Shown here one piece after another: positions 7,879 through 16,379 of a stretch of 64,000 bases of DNA; within the stretch, counting starts at the first letter, position 1; each line of letters opens with the position of its first letter. Under the pieces are notes generated by a model that worked only from the letters and a program-made list of their open reading frames with translations, was not told the origin of the DNA and ran no database searches. Origin of the DNA: Clostridiales bacterium (GTDB lineage Bacteria > Bacillota > Clostridia > Christensenellales > CAG-138); NCBI GenBank assembly GCA_004554165.1, contig SFNQ01000014.1, positions 8,520-72,519 of the forward strand. Direction: 5' to 3'. The position numbers were made by a program, and so were the translations under genes.

Positions 7879-9945
7879 CTATTGCAACTGGCGGAAATAC
7901 AGCCCCGCCGTCCTCCGAAAGTCCGGCGCTTCCCCCCGCAGGAAGGCGCCGTAGACGGTCTGTGCCGCCTCGCGCGATTCCACGGTGAAGCGGAGCGTCA
8001 GAAAATCCACCTTTGCCATGGGCTTGTCCCCGAGGTAGAGCGGCACGCTGTTGAGCAGCTCCTGGTAGCGCCTTCCGTGGCAGAGCATGGTGAAGTGCTG
8101 GTTCTTCTCGTCGGTCAGCGTATGGATGCCCGTGCAGACGCCGCAGCCGTCCACGCCCCTGGCCGGGCAGGCGCGAAGGTGCATCAGCGGCAGATAGCCG
8201 TATGCAATCAGTCCCCGCTTCAGCGCGCCGCGGAGCTGCCCGATGCGCCGCATGGACAGCTCAAAGGACACCGTGGCGTCCGCAAGGCCCAGCGACGCAT
8301 ACGCCGCAAGCGCATGGCTGTTGAGAATATTCAGCCCCGCGCCGCCGTGTACGGCAAAGCCCAGCTCCCGGCCCAGCGCCAGCATGCCGATGTTCTCCGC
8401 GCTGACTTCGGAAAGTCCCCCCGTTTTCAACCGGGCGAGGGTTTCCCGCAATTCCGCCATGTCCGAAGGAAAGCACAGCGCCGGAAGCTCGCCCACAAGC
8501 CGCCCGCCCAGCGCGGCGATCAGGCCCGGATCCTCCGCAATCTCCTCTATGGGGAGGAGAATCTTTTCCGCTGCCGGCGCGTCGAACAGCTGCGCGCGCC
8601 CTGCAAAACGCAGGCGAATTGCCGGCGTCTCCGGCGCATCGTGGGCCGGCAGCGCCGGGGGCAGATATCCCGTGCTTTCGTGGACGGGCCGCCCGCTTCT
8701 GGCCCGGCCCAGCGCAGCGAGCGCATCCCTGCGCAGCTTCTTCTGCGCGGAGACGGGCAGCGCCAGTCCTTCGCCCAGCGTCGTCTTGCAGCGTACAACG
8801 CGATAGGGCGTGCCGCCGGTCTGCGTAAGATTCTTTTCAACGCTCTCCGCCGTGAGCGGCAGCGTGCGCGCAGCCTCCGGCACGGGGCCGTATACGGTCG
8901 CTTCCCGAACGCCGTCGCTTACCCGCAGTCGGACCGGTTCCCCCGCTGCCGCAGCAAAGTCCATTGCAACGTCGATATTCTGCGGCTCCCTTTCATAGAG
9001 CGCGGCAAGCGCGGGCAGCACGGAAGCCGCCGCCGTTACGTCCTCCCTTGTGCGTACCCCGAACATCTCCAACGTCCGCCGCCCGGTAAGATACCCGTCC
9101 GTAAAGCCGCTGCGGGAAAATACGGCCCGGAGCGCCTCCAGGTCGGGGATTCTCCCCGTTCTTGCCGCGCGGCAGGCGGTAACCGCGGCGGCGACATACT
9201 CCGGCCGTTTCATGCGGCCCTCAATTTTCAGCGTGCCAATGCCCGCCTCCGCCAGCTCGGGAATGTGGCGGATGTGGCTCATATCCTTCAGCGACAGCGC
9301 CCGCTGGCGTCCGTTCAGCCGGAAGTTCAGGCGGCAGGGCTGGGCGCAGAGTCCACGGTTGCCGCTGCGCGTGCCGATCATGGCGGAAAGATAGCACATG
9401 CCGGAGACGCACATGCAGAGCGCGCCGTGGACAAAGGCCTCCAGCTCCAGCCCCACAGCGGCGCGAATGGCCCGGATCTCCTCCATCGACAGCTCCCGCG
9501 CAAGCACGACCTGAGAAAAGCCCAACGCCTGGGCGAGCACAGCGCCTTCCCCGTTGTGGATGCTCATCTGGGTGGAAGCAGACAGCGGCAGCGAGGGGTA
9601 ACGCCTGCGCACAAGCGCAGCAACGGCGAGATCCTGCACAATGACCGCATCCGCCCCCGCCGCAGCGATTTCATCCAGCGTTTGCACAAGCTCCGGCAGC
9701 TCCCCATCCATGACCAGCGTGTTCAGCGTCACATAGACCTGCACATCCCGCTCGTGGCAGTAGGCCACGCTTTCCGGGAGCGAATCGGCTTCAAAATTCT
9801 CCGCATTCTGCCGCGCGTTAAAGCCCTTTGCGCCAAGATAGACCGCGTCCGCGCCGCAGCGCACCGCAGCGATGAGCTGTTCCCGCCCGCCCACGGGCGC
9901 CAGAATTTTTATCCCCCGCGTCCCTTCCTTTTTTTCCCCGTTCAT
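7879..9945 (-). CDS. long U32-family protein with C-terminal extension (RlhA/YdcP-like architecture)
   Basis: IKILAPVGGREQLIAAVRCGADAVYLG and HGALCMCVSGMCYLSAMIGTRSGNRGLCAQPCR, plus a C-terminal region of about 300 aa as in the DUF3656-containing U32 proteins. Confidence 0.85.
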   Translation of the reverse strand: MNGEKKEGTRGIKILAPVGGREQLIAAVRCGADAVYLGAKGFNARQNAENFEADSLPESVAYCHERDVQVYVTLNTLVMDGELPELVQTLDEIAAAGADAVIVQDLAVAALVRRRYPSLPLSASTQMSIHNGEGAVLAQALGFSQVVLARELSMEEIRAIRAAVGLELEAFVHGALCMCVSGMCYLSAMIGTRSGNRGLCAQPCRLNFRLNGRQRALSLKDMSHIRHIPELAEAGIGTLKIEGRMKRPEYVAAAVTACRAARTGRIPDLEALRAVFSRSGFTDGYLTGRRTLEMFGVRTREDVTAAASVLPALAALYEREPQNIDVAMDFAAAAGEPVRLRVSDGVREATVYGPVPEAARTLPLTAESVEKNLTQTGGTPYRVVRCKTTLGEGLALPVSAQKKLRRDALAALGRARSGRPVHESTGYLPPALPAHDAPETPAIRLRFAGRAQLFDAPAAEKILLPIEEIAEDPGLIAALGGRLVGELPALCFPSDMAELRETLARLKTGGLSEVSAENIGMLALGRELGFAVHGGAGLNILNSHALAAYASLGLADATVSFELSMRRIGQLRGALKRGLIAYGYLPLMHLRACPARGVDGCGVCTGIHTLTDEKNQHFTMLCHGRRYQELLNSVPLYLGDKPMAKVDFLTLRFTVESREAAQTVYGAFLRGEAPDFRRTAGLYFRQLQ

Positions 9946-9990
9946 GCCGTTTTACAAACCTTTCCCACGTCCGCGCCGCCCGGAATACAG

Positions 9991-10743
9991 CTAGGACCAG
10001 CTCTTTTCAATGGCGACGTTCTTCCTCCCCTTCCTGCTCCTTCCCTGCACGCCCAGATAGCGGAAGCGCCCGTAGCCGCGCACGGAGAGCAGGTCTCCCT
10101 CCGCCGCGAGGCAGCTTCCCTCCGCCGCCGCGCCGTTTTGGAACACGCGGCCCTCGGCGAAGAGCTGCTGCGCCTTCTCCCGGGGGAGGCGGCAGGCCCG
10201 CGCCACAAGCGCGTCCAGCCGCTCGCTCTGCACCTGGACGATTTGCCGCGTCATCTCCTGGGCCGCAGCCCGCTCCGGCGCTTCGCAGCGCGCGGCATCC
10301 ACGCGGGTGTGCCGCACAGTGCCAAGCTCGCTTTCGATCAGGGCTGCTGCGGGCTCTGTGCAGAACACAAAAGCTCCGCCCTCCGCAAGCACGATGTCCC
10401 CCAGCGCCTCCCGGGAAAGCCCAAGGTGCAGGAGCGCGCCGAGAAAATCCCGGTGCGTCAGTTCTTCCGAAAAGCGCGGGCCCCGGGGCCTGATCTGCAC
10501 GCAGGCGATGGGAAACGGCGCATCGTAGCCAAACAGCTCCGGCGAGCCGAAGCGCGCCATTTTTCGCTCGCAGTCCTCCGCGCCGCCAAACAGCGCCGGC
10601 GGCGCGGGCAAACGCCCCAGCGCAGACAGCAGGGCCTGCTCCGGCTCGGATAAAAAAGGCGAGAAGGTATAAACGCCCCGCGCGTCCGCCCGCTCCGCAA
10701 GTTCGCGCAGCCGTTTTTTCAGGCGTTCTTCCCCCTCCGTCAA
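9991..10743 (-). CDS. ylmH: YlmH-like S4-domain RNA-binding protein
   Basis: N-terminal ..YTFSPFLSEPEQ.. and C-terminal S4-like segment (ARACRLPREKAQQLFAEGRVFQNG...GDLLSVRGYGRF). TTG start overlaps the tex stop (TTGA). Confidence 0.6.
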   Translation of the reverse strand: MTEGEERLKKRLRELAERADARGVYTFSPFLSEPEQALLSALGRLPAPPALFGGAEDCERKMARFGSPELFGYDAPFPIACVQIRPRGPRFSEELTHRDFLGALLHLGLSREALGDIVLAEGGAFVFCTEPAAALIESELGTVRHTRVDAARCEAPERAAAQEMTRQIVQVQSERLDALVARACRLPREKAQQLFAEGRVFQNGAAAEGSCLAAEGDLLSVRGYGRFRYLGVQGRSRKGRKNVAIEKSWS

Positions 10744-12905
10744 GGTTTTTCCTCCTGCTGTACCCCGCGCATGGTCAAGGAAATGCGCCCGCGCTTTGTA
10801 TCCACCTCCAGCACCTTGACGCGCACGATGTCGCCTACGCGCAGCACTTCCGAGGGATGGCGGATAAAGCGGTCCGTAATGCGCGAGATGTGTACCAGCC
10901 CATCCTGATGCACGCCGATGTCCACAAACACCCCGAAATCCACAACGTTGCGCACCGTTCCGCTAAGCTCCATGTCCGGTCTGAGGTCGGAAAGCTCCCT
11001 GAGCTCCGCCCTGAGCTCCAGCGTCCGCAGCGCATCGCGGGGGTCGCGGCCCGGTTTTTTAAGCTCCTCCACAATATCGGCAAGCGTGGGCAGGCCAATG
11101 CCCAGCTCCGCCGCAAGGCGCGCCTTTCCAAATTCCCTCACCCTTGCTTCAAGCTCCGGCAGTCCCTCGCCGGTCGGCTTTGCCGCAAGGCCGCAGCGGA
11201 CCAGCAGCTTTCGCGCCGCGTCGTAGGATTCCGGGTGTACGCCGGTGTTGTCCAGCGGCTCTGCGCCCTCCGTCACGCGGAGAAAGCCCGCCGCCTGCTC
11301 AAAGGCCTTTTGCCCCAGCTTTGGCACCTTGAGCAGGGCCTTTCTCGAGGGAAATCTGCCGTTCTCCTCGCGATAGGCGACGATATTCGCCGCAAGCGCG
11401 GGGCCGATTCCCGCTACATAGGAGAGCAGGGAGGCGCTCGCCGTGTTCACGTCCACGCCCACGGCGTTCACGCAGTCCTCCACCACGCCGGACAGGGCCT
11501 CGCCCAGCCGCTTTTGCGGCATGTCGTGCTGATACTGGCCCACGCCGATGGCCTTGGGATCGATCTTTACCAGCTCCGCCAGCGGATCCTGCAGGCGCCT
11601 TGCAATGGAAACCGCGCTGCGCAGCGACACATCATACTGGGGAAACTCCTCCGCGCCCAGCTTTGAGGCGGAATAGACCGACGCCCCCGCCTCGGACACG
11701 ACCATGTACTGTACGCCCATGTCCAGTTCCTTGAGCATCTCCGAAACAAAGATCTCGGACTCCTTGCTGGCCGTGCCATTGCCGATGGCGATGGCGCTTA
11801 CGCCGTGCTTTCTGATGAGCGCGGCCAGCGTTTTTTTCGCCTCCTCCGTCCTGCGCTCAGGCGGCGTCGGGTAGACCACGTCCACGTCCAGCACCTTGCC
11901 CGTTTCATCCACCACGGCGACCTTGCAGCCCGTGCGGTAAGCGGGATCGAAGCCCATGACCACACGGTTGCGCAGCGGCGGCTGCATGAGCAGGGGCCGC
12001 AGGTTCAGCTTGAATACTGCGATGGCCTGCTCCGCGGCGGCTTCAAAGAGCTTGTTTTTCAGTTCATTCTCCAGCGAGGGGTAGAGCAGCCTGCGCAGCG
12101 CGTCCCGCCCGGCTTCCAGCACAAAGTCGCCCGCCGGCGTTCCCGGCGCGGTTACGGTCTTTTGCCGCACGGCGGTCAGCGCCGCATCCATATCGGTTTC
12201 GATGGCGGCGCGGAGTATGCCCTCCTTCTCGCCGCGGTGGATGGCAAGTACCCGGTGCGGCGGCAGCTTCGAGACCTTTTCGGAAAAATCGTAGTAGGTG
12301 GAGTAGGTCCCCTCCTCCGTGTGGTCGGAGGTGGAGCGCAGCGCGCCCGTCCGTTCCATGAGCAGGCGCACGGAACCGCGCACCCGGGCATTGTCGGAAA
12401 TCCGCTCCGCCAGAATATCTCTCGCGCCGCAGAGCGCATCCTCCGCCGTATCCACGCCCCGCTCCGCATCCACATAGGCCGCAGCCAGGGCGGCGGGAAC
12501 GGCCGTCGCCTGCTGATGACAGATGGCGTCCGCAAGCGGTCCCAGGCCCCTGGCCTTTGCCATGGAGGCGCGGGTATTGCGTTTTTTCCTGTAGGGCAGG
12601 TACAGATCCTCCAGCGCGGCAAGGTTGGCGGCGTTTTGGATGGCGCCCCTGAGCGCCTCCGTCAACGCCCCCTGAGATGCAACCGAGGAGAGAATCTCCT
12701 CCCGCCGTTTTTCAAGGTTTCGCAGCGATGTGAGCCGGTCGGAAATGTCCCGAAGCTGCCCGTCGTCAAGGCCGCCCGTAAGCTCCTTGCGGTAGCGGGC
12801 GATGAAGGGCACGGTATTGCCCCCGTCCATCAGCCGCACCGCCGCGCCGACCTGCCCCACCGGGATCGACAGCTCCGTCGCAATGCGTTCGTTCAGGTTT
12901 GTCAT
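10740..12905 (-). CDS. tex: Tex-like transcription accessory protein (S1 RNA-binding domain)
   Basis: IA.EL.I...QV.AAV.L.D.GNTVPFIARYRKE.TG.LDD..LR N-terminus, YqgF/HhH core, and C-terminal S1 domain (GTVRNVVDFGVFVDIGVHQDGLVHIS). Confidence 0.92.
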   Translation of the reverse strand: MTNLNERIATELSIPVGQVGAAVRLMDGGNTVPFIARYRKELTGGLDDGQLRDISDRLTSLRNLEKRREEILSSVASQGALTEALRGAIQNAANLAALEDLYLPYRKKRNTRASMAKARGLGPLADAICHQQATAVPAALAAAYVDAERGVDTAEDALCGARDILAERISDNARVRGSVRLLMERTGALRSTSDHTEEGTYSTYYDFSEKVSKLPPHRVLAIHRGEKEGILRAAIETDMDAALTAVRQKTVTAPGTPAGDFVLEAGRDALRRLLYPSLENELKNKLFEAAAEQAIAVFKLNLRPLLMQPPLRNRVVMGFDPAYRTGCKVAVVDETGKVLDVDVVYPTPPERRTEEAKKTLAALIRKHGVSAIAIGNGTASKESEIFVSEMLKELDMGVQYMVVSEAGASVYSASKLGAEEFPQYDVSLRSAVSIARRLQDPLAELVKIDPKAIGVGQYQHDMPQKRLGEALSGVVEDCVNAVGVDVNTASASLLSYVAGIGPALAANIVAYREENGRFPSRKALLKVPKLGQKAFEQAAGFLRVTEGAEPLDNTGVHPESYDAARKLLVRCGLAAKPTGEGLPELEARVREFGKARLAAELGIGLPTLADIVEELKKPGRDPRDALRTLELRAELRELSDLRPDMELSGTVRNVVDFGVFVDIGVHQDGLVHISRITDRFIRHPSEVLRVGDIVRVKVLEVDTKRGRISLTMRGVQQEEKP

Positions 12906-12920
12906 GGTGTTCTCCGCAGT

Positions 12921-13784
12921 CTATTCGATGGGTTTGAAGCCCTGGCCGTGGACCTCCGTAGCATTTGTGATAAAGAGGAAGGCTTCCTTGTCGATGGATT
13001 TGATGATGCCCAGCGTCGCGGCCACCTCCCTGCGGCGGGTGATCACCATGAGCATCTGCTTTTCCCGCCCGGTATAGCCGCCGCGCGCGGGGAGGAGGGT
13101 CACGCCGCGGTCAATCTCCGCCGCAAGCCGCCGGTTGATCTCCTCGCCCCGCTCCGTGACCACATAGATCACCTTCGCGTAGTCCACGCCCTGCATGATG
13201 CCGTCGATGACCTTCGTGGTCACAAAAATGGTTACAAAGGAGTAGAGGGCCACCTCGATGTTTCGGAACACGATAACCGCAAACACCACGACCGCAGCGT
13301 CCACAAACAGCAGCAGCGTTGAAACCGACAGGTGCGGAAAGGCGCGGTGCAGCAGCAGGCTCAGCAGGTCCGTCCCTCCCGTGGATGCGCCCCGGGCAAA
13401 CAGCAGCCCCATGCCCGCGCCCGAAAGCGCGCCGCTGAAGCAGGCCGCCAGCAGGACGTTGTTGGTGTACTGCGGCAGCACCGCGTCAAACAGGTCGATC
13501 AGCACGGACAGCAGCACCGTCACCGCCACGGTGGCCATTAGCGGGCGAAAGCCCAGCATGCGCCAGGTCAGAATCACCAGCGGCACGTTCAGAAGAAAGC
13601 TCCAGAGGCCTACGCTCACCTTGCCCCCGCAGAGATAGGCCAGCGCGGTGGAGAGGCCGGAGACGCCGCCCGGCGCAATATCGTTCGGCACGGCAAAGAC
13701 CGAGATCCCCGCCGCTACCAGCGCGCTGCCCGCAACGATTGCGCCCAGGTCAACAAGGCAGCGTTTTACACGTTCCTTCTTCAC
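12921..13784 (-). CDS. YitT-family membrane protein (DUF2179 C-terminal domain)
   Basis: GA...G.AL.A.G...F..PN.IA.GGVSGLS motif, 5-6 TM segments and a DUF2179-like tail. GTG start overlaps the upstream stop (GTGA). Confidence 0.85.
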   Translation of the reverse strand: MKKERVKRCLVDLGAIVAGSALVAAGISVFAVPNDIAPGGVSGLSTALAYLCGGKVSVGLWSFLLNVPLVILTWRMLGFRPLMATVAVTVLLSVLIDLFDAVLPQYTNNVLLAACFSGALSGAGMGLLFARGASTGGTDLLSLLLHRAFPHLSVSTLLLFVDAAVVVFAVIVFRNIEVALYSFVTIFVTTKVIDGIMQGVDYAKVIYVVTERGEEINRRLAAEIDRGVTLLPARGGYTGREKQMLMVITRRREVAATLGIIKSIDKEAFLFITNATEVHGQGFKPIE

Positions 13785-14902
13785 GGGTTCAGTCCTTTCA
13801 GCGATTCGGGCAGGAAGATTCCGTCCCTTCTGACGAGCCTGCCGTCAAACCAGATCTCGCCGCCGCCGCAGGCCGCGGTCTGAATGCAGACGATATCCAG
13901 ATGGAGCTGCGACTGGTTGCCGTTTGGCGCGGCCTTATAGCAGCAGCCCGGCGTCAGATGGAAGGAGCCGCCGATCTTTTCATCGTAAAGGGTATTGCCG
14001 ATGGCGCGGGTCACAGCGTTGTTCACGCCCAGCGCAAACTCGCCGAAGTAGCGGGCGCCCTCGTCCGCGTCCAGCAGGGCGTTGAAGCCGGCTGTGTCGC
14101 CATCGCAGACCGCCTCCACGATCCTGCCGTTTTTGACCGTAAGGCGGGGGTTTGTGAATTTTTTGCCGTAACGCATGGCGGGCGTGTTGTACTGGATGAC
14201 GCCGTTGACGCTCTCCCGCACCGGCGCGGTATAGACCTCGCCGTCGGGAATGTTGCGCTGGCCGTGGCAGGCGCGCACAGGGATATCCCGAATCGAAAAG
14301 GAGATGTCCGTGCCGGGGCCCCGGATCTCCACCCGGTCGGTCTTGAGCAGCAGCTCTACGAGCGGCTCCATGGACTTTGCCATGGCCTCGTAGTCCACCA
14401 GCGCGGCGGCAAGAAAGAATTCATAGAAATCGTCGTAGCACATGCCCGCCTTCTGCGCGTCCGCAGGGGTGGGCCAGTGCAGATAGACCCAGCGCCGCTC
14501 ATCGATCATTACGTCCCGCAGGCGTCTGCGCTCGCCCCGGTAGAGGGCCATGGCGCGGCTGTCCACCGCGGAAAGCTCCGCGTCGTTTTCGTCCACGCCG
14601 ATGTCCACATGCGCCGCCACGCTCTCCCATTTTTTCAGCTCCCAGTCCGCCTGCCTGCGGATGTTTTCCAGCACGTCCTCCGGGTGCTCCGGGTCAATGC
14701 AGGCAAGGGCCAGCCGGGCCAGCTCATCGTCCTCCAGCCGCACCACCGGGTACAGGCCCAGCTCCTTCGCCGCCCGCAGGAGCGCCTTGTTGAGCGGGTT
14801 TGCCGCCACGCCGCTGTTGATCTCAAAGATTTCTCCGCGCCGCAGGTCCAGCGACTGCGTCAGCAGCATCCGCGCAAGCCGTTCCAGCCGTTCGTCTCTC
14901 AT
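13781..14902 (-). CDS. pepS: M29-family aminopeptidase (PepS/AmpS-like)
   Basis: MRDERLERLARMLL..SL.L..GE N-terminus, and GxNIPDGEVYTAP and EFALGVN motifs. Start ATG 14902 follows RBS ggggaggtg. Confidence 0.85.
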   Translation of the reverse strand: MRDERLERLARMLLTQSLDLRRGEIFEINSGVAANPLNKALLRAAKELGLYPVVRLEDDELARLALACIDPEHPEDVLENIRRQADWELKKWESVAAHVDIGVDENDAELSAVDSRAMALYRGERRRLRDVMIDERRWVYLHWPTPADAQKAGMCYDDFYEFFLAAALVDYEAMAKSMEPLVELLLKTDRVEIRGPGTDISFSIRDIPVRACHGQRNIPDGEVYTAPVRESVNGVIQYNTPAMRYGKKFTNPRLTVKNGRIVEAVCDGDTAGFNALLDADEGARYFGEFALGVNNAVTRAIGNTLYDEKIGGSFHLTPGCCYKAAPNGNQSQLHLDIVCIQTAACGGGEIWFDGRLVRRDGIFLPESLKGLNP

Positions 14903-15192
14903 GGAACACACCTCCCCTTGTTATCCTCAGTGTACAGGAGCCGGCGTTTTTTTTCAAGGTAAACCTGCCGGTGCTTCCTTCCTCCGGCCCCGGGTTCTCC
15001 GGCTGCGCCGGTTTTTATGCGGCGGAGGGTCCGTCCCTTCTCCCCGGGGCGGGGGATCCTGTAAATCATCCCCTCTTTGGGCGGACGGGATTCACAGTTT
15101 GTTTCATTGTGCCGCCTGCTGCCGCATGGTAAGATAGATGCGTGGAAAAATCGCCATGTTTCGGCAGTATGGCGCGTCAGGAGTGAGTTTTC

Positions 15193-16230
15193 ATGGGTCT
15201 GTTCGGCTCGACCGACGTAGGCATCGATCTTGGCACCTCCAGCATCCTTGTCTATGCCAGGGGCCGGGGCATCGTTCTCAACGAGCCCTCCGTGGTGGCA
15301 GTGGAGCGCGGGGGCGGCAGGCTGGTCGCCGTCGGCGCGGAAGCGCGGCGGATTCTCGGCCGCGCGCCAGCGGACATCGCGGTCATCCGCCCCCTGCGGG
15401 ACGGGGTCATCAGCAATTTCGACGTAACCGCACGCATGATGCGCCACTTTTTCAAAAAGGTGGTGGGCAACAGCCCCTTTTACAAGCCCCGCGTGGTGGC
15501 CTGCGTCCCCTCGGGCGTAACCGAGGCGGAGAAGCGCTGCGTGGTGGAGGCCGCCCGCGAGGCGGGCGCAAAGCACTGCTATCTCATTCAGGAGCCGGTG
15601 GCCGCCGCCATCGGCGCGGGACTGGACATCAACGCGCCCTCGGGCAGCATGATCGTGGACATCGGCGGCGGTACCACGGACGTTGCGGTGCTTTCCTACG
15701 GCAGCGTGGTTGTCTCCGACTCCATCAAGTGCGCGGGCGACCGCTTTGACGCGGCGGTGCAGCGTTACATGCGCAAAAAGCATGGCCTGGTCATCGGCGA
15801 CAGCACGGCCGAGCAGATCAAGATCGAATACTGCCGCGCGCATATCGAGAAGGAGCAGGAAGTTGTGGAGATTGCGGGCCGCAGCCTCCTTTCCGGCCTG
15901 CCGGAAGCCATCCCGGTGGCAACCAACGAGCTGGTGGACGCGCTGGCCGCGCCCCTTTCGGAAATTCTCGAATGTGTGCGCGGCCTCTCGGAAAAGACGC
16001 CGCCGGAGCTCTCGGCGGACATCCGGCAAAACGGCATCTTTCTCACCGGCGGCGGCGCCCTGCTGCGCGGCCTCGATCTCTACCTTTCCGAGCGCACGGG
16101 CCTGCCCTGCCGCCTGGCGGAGGACCCCGTGGCCTGCGTCGCCATCGGCACGGGCCGCGTGCTCGAGGAGCCGTCCGTCTATGGCCGCGCAGTGTACGAT
16201 TACCGCCGCGGCGTTTACGACGAGGCCTGA
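15193..16230 (+). CDS. mreB: rod-shape-determining actin homologue MreB
   Basis: DVGIDLGTSSILVY..G.GIVLNEPSVVA, IRPLRDGVI and DIGGGTTDVAVLS motifs. Confidence 0.95.
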   Translation: MGLFGSTDVGIDLGTSSILVYARGRGIVLNEPSVVAVERGGGRLVAVGAEARRILGRAPADIAVIRPLRDGVISNFDVTARMMRHFFKKVVGNSPFYKPRVVACVPSGVTEAEKRCVVEAAREAGAKHCYLIQEPVAAAIGAGLDINAPSGSMIVDIGGGTTDVAVLSYGSVVVSDSIKCAGDRFDAAVQRYMRKKHGLVIGDSTAEQIKIEYCRAHIEKEQEVVEIAGRSLLSGLPEAIPVATNELVDALAAPLSEILECVRGLSEKTPPELSADIRQNGIFLTGGGALLRGLDLYLSERTGLPCRLAEDPVACVAIGTGRVLEEPSVYGRAVYDYRRGVYDEA

Positions 16231-16296
16231 ACCGGCGTAATTTTTACAAGTTCCGGCGAGATTTTAAGGTTTGTTCATGGCTTCGCCACAGTTGGC

Positions 16297-16305
16297 TGTT
16301 ATAAT
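16297..16305 (+). promoter_or_regulatory. extended -10 promoter element upstream of the NlpC/P60 gene
   Basis: TGtTATAAT at 16297-16305. No good -35 seen. Confidence 0.4.
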
Positions 16306-16379
16306 ACTGGCATCGGACAGGCGCCGGCGCGCTGGCTGAGCGGGCCGTGCGACTTTTGCAATTTGCGGAGGAATTGCCT

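Noticed and set aside
7627-10653. 1008-aa plus-strand ORF, the longest in the track, spanning both U32 genes and ylmH.
   Set aside because: Its translation is Arg/Ala/Pro/Gly-rich nonsense with no recognisable motifs. It lies exactly antisense to three ORFs with clear family signatures. It is a typical shadow ORF of GC-rich DNA, where stop codons are rare on the antisense strand.
16231-16379. Possible c-di-AMP (ydaO-type) or other riboswitch upstream of the cell-wall hydrolase and L,D-transpeptidase genes.
   Set aside because: This riboswitch class is often found upstream of such genes, but I could not recognise its conserved pseudo-two-fold motif blocks in 16231-16379 or 18382-18587. Only an Rfam/Infernal scan could settle it.
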